A stretch of DNA of 63,294 nucleotides, the filler included, from Sphacelaria rigidula (lineage: Eukaryota), in assembly GCA_964200075.2 (NCBI GenBank). It is 10 parts of 10 records of this genome, joined end to end, with 100 filler letters (N's around TTAATTAATTAA, not from the genome) between each part and the next. Parts side by side here need not be neighbours in the genome. Positions count along the whole stretch, not along the records: positions 44,378 to 50,616 come from CAXNAA020021305.1; positions 50,717 to 56,955 come from CAXNAA020021306.1; positions 57,056 to 63,294 come from CAXNAA020021307.1; 7 more parts are not named here. One strand, written 5' to 3'. The position numbers and the translations under genes are program-made. Positions 48,981 to 60,409 of this stretch are shown piece by piece (the stretch's first letter is position 1; every line of letters starts with the position of its first letter). The notes beneath the pieces were generated by a model, which saw only the letters and a program-made list of their open reading frames with translations, did no database searches and was not told the DNA's origin.

Positions 48981-50332
48981 CTTCACCTTCCGTTTAGCGT
49001 GCCGCGAGACTGCTCACGGTCGTTTGGGCACGTATCATGGTATCATAAAACGACTGGTTGGAATTAGAGAAGTGGGAAAGGAGTCTAGACCGTGTGCAGT
49101 ACTGATTGATTGTCGCACTTCAACTGACCCCCCCAGGGATCCAACCGTGGTCACACTAAAGTACTGTAAAGCGATAACACATTCACTGACCATACTGTTT
49201 CATTTAGCTGTCAGCAAATTTGGTGAGGGTACCCACACTGCTACAACGTGTGGTATAGCTGAAGGTCAGTTCCTTGAATCATTTTGCCATCATTCATGCT
49301 TGGAAGAAGTCAAGAGATCAGTCCCGGTGCCCGGCCGACTCCTGGTCGTCATGACGTGCAGTGGTCCTAGTGTCTAATTTTTCTGTCGGGATCAATCCTG
49401 ATGGGCAAGACCTTCGCCGCAAGCGTAGCACCAGCACATCTATCCTCGTCAATCCTCGTTAGTATCTCACGAGTTTTGCTAGCTTCTTGGGGATAATTTT
49501 GCGACACATAGATTTCCCATCGCTTCTAGAGGGGCATCGTGCTAACGCTGAAACTGTTGAGCGAACCCCTAAATATCCGCAGATACCTAACTATTCGCGG
49601 CTTCCCCGGAGGCGGTTTTCCGCGCCCCCCGAGGGTTGAGAAGTCATACTGTAGGTACAACAGAGAGCTCGCCCTCACGGTGTGCGGAAATGTATTGGAA
49701 GTAGTGTGGGCGCGCATCCACAGCGCGGATCTATAGTGTACACATACACATGCACACGTCGGCCCTTGACCCGAGAACACATTCGGAGATTGCTGCTTCT
49801 TGCTCGGGGTGATTGCTTTTGGTGTGGTTTCATGTGGTGCTCGCTTTTGGTTGTGTGGGTCATTGTCTTTTGCAGGTCGTCGCTTGCACGTCGACCGTGC
49901 TACGAGCACTGTAGCGGGTCTGGGCCCTGGGCACCCCGCAGTAGCCTACATTCCAGAGGGCCTGCATGGACTGGGTTCGTGCCCAACAGTGCTGAGTTGT
50001 GTGCGATGGCTTTGGTGAGGACGTTCGCTGCGCCTACGCTATACAGTACATGAAGATCGCAATAAAAATAAATCAAGACAGTACAGAACAATTTTTTTGT
50101 GCGGTAGTGTGGAGGATGGACGCCAGCTTGATATTCTCAGAACCTTTACCCAGGGCTTTGTGGTCAAAATGTAGCTTGGTAATGTATATTTTTCGAACGT
50201 GGATAATGGACAATCCGTCATATTGTATATATATATATATTTGCCTAATTTCAAGGCCCCTCCTTCCTCGGGACGGATCCGTAGTCGTAATCCTACGGAA
50301 TCAGCCCATGCCTGCCCCCCTGGTGCATGCTC

Positions 50333-50616
50333 CGCGCAAAGGGGATGATCGTACTACGTAGTGTTTCAAAGGATGAGACACTCAAGAGGCAGTGTATAGG
50401 TCGTGGCTGTCTCTGGAAGTGGCGATACCAGAAAATGAAGCAGCTCATTGGAGGCTGTCATCCAAATGCAAAATAATCAGTACGCGTCGGGCCCACAAAT
50501 CTTAGCAGGATGCAACTTACCCTTCATGCGACTCGCCGAACACATCACGGCGCTTCGCGCTGGGTGATTGATTGCGAGCCTGGTCCGGCAAAAACCCGGC
50601 GTGCTCCGTCCCGGCT
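50333..50616 (+). repeat. Gypsy 3'UTR/LTR-related repeat, inverted relative to 47498-47835
   Basis: GCGCAAAGGGGATGATCGTACTACGTAG and CATGCGACTCGCCGAACACATCACGGCGCTTCGCGCT are shared. Confidence 0.65.
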
Positions 50617-50716
50617 NNNNNNNNNNNNNNNNNNNNNNNNNNNNNNNNNNNNNNNNNNNNTTAATTAATTAANNNNNNNNNNNNNNNNNNNNNNNNNNNN
50701 NNNNNNNNNNNNNNNN

Positions 50717-53700
50717 CTCCCGTTCTCTATCCATAACCAACTGGAGGAGGGACCCATGCCCATCTCCGGGGGAAAACATGTACCGCCTGGACACTTCGCC
50801 ATTAAACTCTGGTTGAGACAGTTTATTTGCGCCCTTTTGGGGGGGCGTTGTCCTATACGGTGCGAATACGTAGGCCGTAGAGAAATCATATACTTCTTTG
50901 CCGATGCGGTCGTCGACGTCTAGGTTCCGAGCGAGTGGACGTTTCTGGATTGTTGTGGAGTCGTCGCGTTCCATCGCATCTTGCAGGTCAGTAACCACCG
51001 CGTTCCACACGTCCGCCTCCTTATTGGGGATCAATCCTGCCGAGATCTCAGCGTGGATTTCGTTGATAACCTGCCGCAGCTTCGCTGTAATACTAAGATG
51101 CAAATGTTGGGATGGGGACAAAGAACACCGACGTGTTTACGCACCTCGCGATACGTAGCGTTCTCGAATGCTTCGTACAGACTAGGGAATTGCGAGAATT
51201 AAATACTCCGGCGACACAGATGGCGCCGTCCCGGTTTGAGAAACCGGGGGGCGTTACCTTCGTTTAAATTTATCGCGAGGCGAGTGCCGTTATTTCACAT
51301 TATTATTGTATATCTGTTTGTACAGTCAGATGTATGTAGTTTGTCCGTTACTTTCTAATTTCCTGCACGCGTGGATGTAATATATCCTCACCCATCAGGA
51401 GGGTGAACGGCACTTGAACCAACCAAAGCGCCACCACCGCCTACTGCGATAGAACTACTCGCCCTCCCGTCCCTGTGGTATTCGCTGACGGCGTCGTCGG
51501 GTCCCGAGTGGGAGGGTGATTCGGATCCGCTTGAGTCATCATCATCGGATGAACAGACGCCACTTTCCTTGTATCGCTTGTTGGTGGAGACCATCGACAC
51601 CTTATTGTTCGGATCACTATCACAATTATCCTCTTCACGGCCCACATCAAATTTACCTCCTCTTCTGCGCGGACTTCCCCCGCACGCCGCGCTACCGTTA
51701 TTGTTGCGCCTGTTGACGTCGTCTCCACTATCGTTACCACGAACAGCGACAGTGCCGTCCTCCGATGAAAAGACGGGGTTCGGCGGTTGTGAAGGGGGCA
51801 CCGACGAGGGTTTCTCTGAATTAGGGGCTGGGGACACGCAGCGCTTGTCCCCTTTCCTCCGCTTAACGTTAGGCGCGCGTGTACCTGCGCCACGTCTCTC
51901 GTCGGCGGCACGTCTGCCTGCCGGCAAGCTGTTGTCGGAAGCCCCAACGCTGGTGTTGTCCCCCCCCCACACACCCACACACTTGGTGTCGTATCCACGT
52001 CGGTAATCCCATTGGCAACGGCATTACCGCGCCCAGCATCCTCCATACCACCATCATCACACTCCGTAGGCTCGTTCACGTCGCCGGGGGGGGGGGATTG
52101 GAGTTTGATGTGCCTCCCCTTTACCCTTCTTCTGCTGCCCGAGCGTGTACGATTTTGATGGGTTCCTGTCGGCATAGCAGTTGACATGAGGGCGGCGATA
52201 AGACATCGTGATTATTCACCATCGATGGTGGTCCTGTGATTTTCAAGCTGACGAGGAGTTTGGGTCATCTGCGTCGTCGTCATGTACACCTGTTTTGCAT
52301 ATCGCACTATATTCCGCGCCACGCTTGCAATAGCTACCACCGCATCGTCAGCATTCAAACATCGTCTTGAACATGTCATCGTCTCCACTGTAACACATCG
52401 GAAAATCAACATTATCCCGCCCACATGTCGCACTACACAGCAGCATTTGATATGGTCTTATCCAATTATCAAATCGAGGGTAGAGAGGGAGCGGTAGCGT
52501 TAGGTCAATGATGTCGCTAGAATGACTCACCAGTGGGTCTTATTTTTCTTCACTCTTAGGTGCATCCTACTGTCGGACCCGCCAATGACCTTCTCGAGCG
52601 CCTCACATAAAGGAAGAGGTACAGGTATCGTTGTCGGCGGAGACTCGTCGTCGTCGATCCTGAATTCAATGGTGCGCGCCTCAATGTTGACGTATGTGCA
52701 GAGATGAGAGATTGAGGATGAGGGAGTGTGTGGTGCCCTTGTATGTTGTTGGAGTTATTATGTGTGTTGAATCTTGTGGCATGTAACAAGATTCGCCTAC
52801 CGCGATGAGTGAGTATAACCGATGAGGACATATTGTGACTCCGCGTTGTGTGTATGATCCCCCGTTTATCCAAGAGCTAATGAGATCCGTGGGTATCGAG
52901 CATTCTCTCTCCTGGTTTCAGAAGGCGACTGTCGGTCTACAATTGTGCGTGATGCACAAACGTTTGCGACTAGTGATGGAATGATGAACGTATCGAATAA
53001 CGAGTGAGTAGATGACCACCTCCCATCCAATATTCGGACGTGAAGTGAGTATGGCAGTCCATGATGCTCATCACAATTATGTGAGCATATATCGTGCAAT
53101 ACGCCGTGCACCACGTAAGTTATGAACGCAAACGATCTGTCGCGCTTCTTATTGAAAAACATGTACACATCTAGAATAGTTTTGTTTTTCGATGGGTTGT
53201 AAGAACTCACCGGGGAGGGTGGCTGCTCGTTCGGTGGTGGGAGCAGCATCCGCCTTCGTGGCCACTGCGTCGCTGATGCCGCCGGGGAATAATACGCCTT
53301 TGATGTACTTCCTCTTCGTCTCAGTCAGGAAATGTGGGCCGCCGTCATATACCTGGTGTTTGGGCAGATCACTCACCAATAGCTTGTTGAACTCCAGGGC
53401 ATCATCCCCACACTTGAGGATATTTTCTGCGGCTCTAAAATCGGCGCATACATCCGTAGACCCTTCCGCAAGATGCTGCGTGTGCAGCATCCCCCAGAAG
53501 GGCATAGATTACGACGAGCTTCCGTCTGGTCGCCGCCTTCGTCGTGTCCTTGGCTCCTTGTGGTGTATCCGTCATCTGCTCCAAGGTATGGACATATCAG
53601 ACAGTGGCTGCATGAACCTCAACTTGAAAACGGAGAGAATATCTGCAATGTCTCTGGGGATGGGCGATTGCCACCTATATGTCATTCTTGCTCCTGAGGC

Positions 53701-56070
53701 TTGCGGGACTGAGTTGTCGATGGTAGCCTTTACATTCCAGATAATCCGCCGGTATACTGCTCCGTGGATAAAGTAAGTCAAGTATCTCAAGTTGACTATT
53801 GGCATCACACACAGGGACGAACGAATTCCCAAATGGCATGCCGGTAAGCGTATAACTATCGGAGTTTGAATGATGCATGATACATTTTTCTTCTACGATT
53901 TGAATGATGCACGCGGGTCGGTTTCAGAAACTGAGTCTCAGATGTCTTCGTTATTGTAAGGCATTCGTTCCCCGTTTGACTGGAAGTGCACCCATTCGAT
54001 GTCTGCGTCCGATATACTGACGTCGCTGCAAATATATTGTTTTCGGTTTCACATTATCTGCATATTATGTAAGCCGGTCGCTGTTGCGAACAACTCATGC
54101 ACTCACGAATTCGTAGATGGTGATACTGTCGAAAATGTATGAGTGCGCCCACGCAGACACGTGGGGCACCTTCCTCATTCCCATAGTGAACGAATTCTTG
54201 TTGCTGTGGCGCGGGTTCTTCATTTGAACCCGTCCCTGGGCTTTCGCCAAAGTCGTGGACTTCGCCTCGCTGAGTGCGTCCTTGAACACCCGGTGAAATG
54301 CGGCGTCCAGCCAATCGAAGACGTTCCCGGTTGCTCCCTTCGCCCCGTCCGACGTGTTGGGATTCGTAGCCGTGTTTGTGTATGACTGTATCGCCTTACG
54401 GCTTTCCTGCTCATGGATCCACGTTGCGGATGCCGCAGCAAAATCAAACTGAAGTTGCTGCCACCGCGACGCGGCTATCGTGTCGGCATCTTCCTTATCG
54501 TCAGTCGCCACCCGCAGACTCACCCTCAAAATACGACCGGTCTCGTCAAGTTGACTATGATTATCTCTGTCCATGTGTGCTCCGCTGATAAAGGAGGATG
54601 CAAGATCGTGCGCGAGATGCAACGACTTCAATACCTGACAGTAGGTCATGACCGCTTGGTTGATGTCATTCTCCCGGACAAGCTTGTGCAGGTGACCATC
54701 AGTCAAACGGCGTTTGTTGAGACCAAATAAGTAGGAGTAGGCTTAGAGATTTCCCTACGGCGACCTCTGCATCGGCTGTAAAACATGACGCGTATGAAGC
54801 AAAATCGGTGAGATGACACCCGATGGTCACATGGATATGTTAATCACGCAGATCATGTACAATGGGGCCCACGTTCATTTATAGGCACAGGCAGCGAGCA
54901 TAACATCACACAGCTGTGATCTGAACAAGCGATGCCGTCCCGGGTGTGACATGAAACAGGGGCGTGTACACGGACCCGAGCAGAAGGAAGACCATAATTT
55001 ATTTGGACACCAAAACTATCATGGGAGCATGGTCCACTACATAATCCACTCAGTGTTGCACAGGCGGCGCTCACCGGTTTGATCCCTTCCTCCGCCTCAA
55101 ATGCGAGGCGATCGAGGACCACGTCCCGCAATGGCCAGTCTCGGTCGTGAAGTGCCACAGAGAACACGAGCGTCACCAGCGACCTGAGCTTAGGCGGTTC
55201 GTTCTTCGACGGCGCCCCCCCTGGGGGTGTGAGGACGAATCTCATCGCATATCCCTTCACGTAATCGAGGAGCTTCCTCCATGTCTCGCTCCCGTCTTTC
55301 TTCCCACCTCTCTTCTTTCCGTCTTCCTTCCAGAGGTTTACCTCCCAATTACTGCCCAATATTTCAGTCAAATGTGCCGGCGTGCTGACTTCTTCTCTGC
55401 GACACGCTTGTCGGATGAGAGGGACAAGGACCCCAATGGCTGAACTCATGCAGGGCTTCTGTTATCGAAGACGAATGGAGAAGATGTATCCCGCACGGTC
55501 CATGTTGCCGATATAGCCTGAGGTTGGTTGCACACTCAACACCAACAACTCTTATGCACAATAGCATGCCACTCCTACCAATGGTCTCATTATTACCGGC
55601 TCTAACATTGAACACAAGCGAAATACATGCAATTACGAAAGACACACGACAGACATGCACTATGATGGCCTCGCTCCAGACATCGGAGGCGAGGCGATCT
55701 CCGTTAGCGGGATAATTGTATCTCGGCAACGTTCTGTAAAGATATTTGCGTATGCGGCTGTCAAGATAACACATCACGGCATTGTGAGAGTTGAGAATGT
55801 CGTGGGTCGATTTCCGAAACTGACTACTTCGATCCAATGTACGTTTATCGGATGGTAATTTCGGAAGAGGTGCATGTAAATGTTGAAGGACATTATCACC
55901 ATCCTGTGCGTTGATAGGGATATCGTTTCTTACATATCGGAATCGCTTGGCTATCCAATGATGATATTATTCATCGGACCACTCTCAGAGATCGTATATT
56001 CGGCCAACGGATTCTCCATCCTTTTACAAGGAGATATTATTAACATTACGATTGGACTACAACGTATAAC
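50717..56070 (-). pseudogene. Decayed large multi-exon gene of unknown function
   Basis: Co-oriented protein-like blocks at 55660-56030, 55076-55400, 54095-54706, 53210-53832, 51390-52187 and 50717-51090. In-frame stops occur (e.g. RIYDL*EWSDE*YHHW; ORFs 53572..53832 and 53149..53505 share a frame), and there is a frameshift near a G-run at about 51960. Confidence 0.55.
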
Positions 56071-59000
56071 CTGCGTCTGCGTTTGTATCTCGAAATGTAG
56101 CAGGTTATTTTGAGTAAAATATGATGTTATGTTTCTGTATAATTTGAACTCTTAATATGATGCCGGTAGGAGAATGGTTATACAACAACAACTATTTTTT
56201 AGGGATACGTTGTATCACACCATGAGGCCAGTTATGTTGTATATCGCTCATCGGGGGACGGTTTTCCAAATCGACTCTAGTATTCAACATCGCGTGTCTG
56301 CCTGGCGGCGTGAGAGTAGGATGGTGCGTATGCTATATGAAAATATAGTGTATGTAAATATGTCTGTTAGGGTTGGCCGATTTTCATGTTGTTCACGGGA
56401 AGATGATTAAGCGAATTGGCCTTTGTATGTCATAGATCTTGACCCTTCTTCGAAACGGATGTACACCACGACAATCGTTGATCGTCGGTTTTGAAAACCG
56501 ATCGAGAATATGAGGTACTCCTTGGGATCCCTTGTGTTGCGGACAACGGTTGATGTCACTGTTAGTATTGATCGATGTCATAGGTACGGCTGGTCATATG
56601 TCCCACCGCACCTTAGATTGGAATATTCGAACCTGAGAAATCTGGGCGGATGTCGGGGGATCTTCACCAGTCGGAATGCTATGGCTGATTACATAGACAT
56701 GGTATTTGCTGTTATTGCGATGACGTTAGTCCCTGGCTTCGTCGTCACAAAGCGCCCGTTCTGTTGCCTGCGTGCTTTAGGACATACCAAATCGTGGCTT
56801 GACGCGTACGTACAGTATGATCACGTTACGTTTGGCGCGAGGACACGACACTCCTCCAACGCAGGGGGAAACATCTAAACAGCATTAAACAACAAATTGT
56901 GAGAATTGAGGTTTAACTTCGAGATGAGGCTCAAGCCTAAAACAGTGCTTTCCCCNNNNNNNNNNNNNNNNNNNNNNNNNNNNNNNNNNNNNNNNNNNNT
57001 TAATTAATTAANNNNNNNNNNNNNNNNNNNNNNNNNNNNNNNNNNNNNNNNNNNNTGAAGTACTGTAACTGTTCGAAAGAAAGGGCGCATATGTGATTCT
57101 GGTATATATTGTCTAATGGGGGGCAGGTGCGAATTTTCCCCGACAGTACCTGTCCAGTGACGTGAGTAGTCTTGAGAGACATACTCGCTCACAGGATGAC
57201 TTGTTTCAAGATTGGTTTCCCGTGAGCCTACTACTGAAACGACTGCCCAAGGGGGGTGTTGCTGTGAACAGCCTTTTTAGTGTAGTCGGCAGTACTGACA
57301 AACCACGATACAAAGGTATCTATCTTTACTCGACAGTGTCAGTTACATGCGGTGGGATTTGATACCATAGTAGGCGTATATCTTGTACTCACGTACGCAA
57401 TGTCTGGTTGGGAAGTTCTAGCTGTCATGGTGTTGGGGTAGCCACACTCAATCACTTCGTTCTCTTCCTTTTTCTTTTCCTTCCTTGACTTGCTTAGTCA
57501 AGCTATGCAATACTACTCTTCTACATCAACATGATCGGCTCAGCCGTGTCCTTTGATCGACTTCATCAGTCGTGTCCAGCTGTCCCTGTGTACGGATCAC
57601 GTGTCAAGGAACACGGCGAAGATCTTGAAATGCGGGGTGCTTCCCGAGACAGCATCGCTGTCGGCGTAGCGGGTAGAGGTGGTATATGTCGCTAGGCAAT
57701 GAACGATGGTGTAGGTGAACGGCGGCAGCCATCGCACAGTGGGAATTGTAGAAGATGGTGAGTGAAATTGTCTCGGTACGGATGGCGAAACGGTTTGGGG
57801 TGGGAAGCGTGATATGTATCGCACATGCCGACGTAGACGGGAGCGTCGGCGTGAGGCCGGCGGAACCTTGTGGAAACGGTGGATATGAGGGGTGACGGTT
57901 AGTGTGATCGGTCTCGGCGGATCGGAAGGAGCTGGCGGAGGAGGGAGTCTGATTTGTTTTCGCCATTGTCGGCGACGTCGTCGGCGGAGTTGATACCTCA
58001 CCCCCCTCCACTGCCGAGCGATGTCGGCGGCATCAGTGTGGCGCATCAAAGAGTTGGGGACATACGCATGTCCCGTTTCCATCCTGCCCGAAAGCCATGC
58101 AGAATACAACCAAACTATGTACGCCCTTAAAATGTAACACTGAAAGCAGAAATGATTTTGAAGGAACAACCGGTAAAAAAAGTGATCTCCAAAATAATCA
58201 GCTTTCCACAACCAAAATCACAATTTCAGCACCAAAGAATCAAATCCAAAAATTCAAAAATCAAAAACTCGAGTTCTAAGACACATCCAAAATTCAATTC
58301 GGAATTCTAAAATCACAAAAAATAAAAGATGAACTCGAACCGAAAATGCCTCATGTCACAATACCAGCAACATGATCTGCTCAGCGTTTTTGACCGCTGC
58401 CCCGGGCACTGCTTCTCCATCCAGTCGTATGCACTACAGCAATTGCTTCGACACCCAACGCAGATTTTCGCTCGTCACCTCTTGCGGCGTCCTGGGGTTG
58501 GCCTTCGTCATGTGTAATCGAGTATACTTGAGCTCAAGGATTGTAACAGTTCACCTGCCTGGATATAAGGGATATTGAGATTGAGATTGGATCATGACGT
58601 ACAGGGGAAATACGGATAAGAGATATAGTTCTGTTATTTAAGGTATACCCGATGTGATGGTTGCAGTATGTGTCTGAGGGGGGCACACGCTTTCTCGCGT
58701 GGCGAAGAGATGGGATTATGACGTGTCATTTAATATGAGCGTTTTCCCCCAGGAATGACTACCCCACTTTGTCCAGAGTGAGTGTTCAGTGTGCGGTGTG
58801 CGTTCGGTGCGTGTGTTCTGCTGCGTATGTGTGTGTGAGTGGACAAATATGAGTGAGTTAATTTCATAAATGACACATGGTCTCAACTGGTCATGGCAGG
58901 CCTCCAACTTCCCCCGACAATGCACCCGGTGCATGAGGCTTCCTATTATTCTAGCATGACCTGGGTCAGGGCTCATGTACGGGATACTAGGGATTTATAT

Positions 59001-59083
59001 GCCGTAGGCTTGATTCTACAGGACTGTAGATGGGCTGAAATCCTCATAAATTGGTTCATAAGCTCTACCTCCATCTATATAGG

Positions 59084-60409
59084 GTAACTCTGCTCGAAGT
59101 CGACTTGTTGCGGGCTGAATCGTGAGACTTTTGGGAAAAGTCCCCGCGTGGTGAAGAGCCTGGAGCGACTTTTTCTGCTCCTCCAGCGAATGGTTGAGCA
59201 GTAGCAGGCGTTCGAACGACTTGCGGATGCTTTTTTTCTCGGCCACGAAAAGGCTTGTGAGCCTGTTGTACGCGAGACCCGGTTTTCGGTGAGTGGTATC
59301 CATCTTCTGCAGTCTGTACAACGTGCGGAAATTTGGCACAAAATGGTTCCGGGTTGAGAACGATGAGAAAAGTGTACAGGTGTGTAACCAGTGAAGGTTG
59401 ACTTTTTCTGTACAGAATCGAGTTTGAGCGCAATGAAGCGCAAACTCTACCATTACACACGTTTTGGTGAGTAATGGTCTACCGAACACTTGAGGTTTCC
59501 GAGAGTGAACGGTAGTGCTTTTATAGCTATTATAAAAGCATCACTTTCCAATGTTGGGCGACCCTTCTAGTCTGTCGGTGAAACCGCTTACGTGCAGCAC
59601 CAATTCTCACGTGTCAGGAACGGACAAACAGATCAACCGTCCCTTGCGGCCCTTTTTTTTCGGAATTGTTTCTTGCACAACAACCCGAATATTTGTGGTC
59701 CCCAAAATTCCGATTCTAGCGGAGACACAAACGAAGAGGTCACACGGGTCGAAGAGTTTCGCACTCAACTCCAAATGGCATTTAACCGACCGATATGGTA
59801 TTTGTGACCTTTTCGGCACTTCACGGGGTACTCTTCAATCGGCTTCGAGCGCGCTTCCATGCCCTCGTCGAACCCACCCGATTCATTCCCATTTTTGTTG
59901 AGCTCCAGCCTTCTATTTTCCGGCTACGGAATGCCCCTATCCGAAGCCGTGATGCTTTTATAATAGCTATAAAAGCACTACCGTTCACTCTCGGAAACCT
60001 CTAGTGTTCGGTAGACCATTACTCACCAAAACGTGTGTAATGGTAGAGTTTGCGCTTCATTGCGCTCAAACTCGATTCTGTACAGAAAAAGTCAACCTTC
60101 ACTGGTTACACACCTGTACACTTTTCTCATCGTTCTCAACCCGGAACCATTTTGTGCCAAATTTCCGCACGTTGTACAGACTGCAGAAGATGGATACCAC
60201 TCACCGAAAACCGGGTCTCGCGTACAACAGGCTCACAAGCCTTTTCGTGGCCGAGAAAAAAAGCATCCGCAAGTCGTTCGAACGCCTGCTACTGCTCAAC
60301 CATTCGCTGGAGGAGCAGAAAAAGTCGCTCCAGGCTCTTCACCACGCGGGGACTTTCCCCAAAAGTCTCACGATTCAGCCCGCAACAAGTCGACTTCGAG
60401 CAGAGTTAC
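59084..60409 (+). mobile_element. Element with 461-bp near-perfect inverted arms; probable 5'-truncated Penelope-like element with inverted pseudo-LTR
   Basis: Arms 59084-59544 and 59949-60409 (two mismatches seen). The spacer encodes a decayed GIY-YIG-like tail: SVGET...QHQFSRVRNGQTDQPSLAALF...EEVTRVEEFRTQ/PNGI. Each arm carries an outward ORF start MDTTHRK...AGTFPKSL. Confidence 0.65.

Noticed and set aside
57540..57580. Minus-strand CTGATGA as a hammerhead core
   Set aside because: The required GAAA after stem II is missing.
57597..58366. Possible gag start and PBS (minus-strand TGGTATTG at about 58366)
   Set aside because: No LTR CA boundary next to it and no gag motif; too weak to call.
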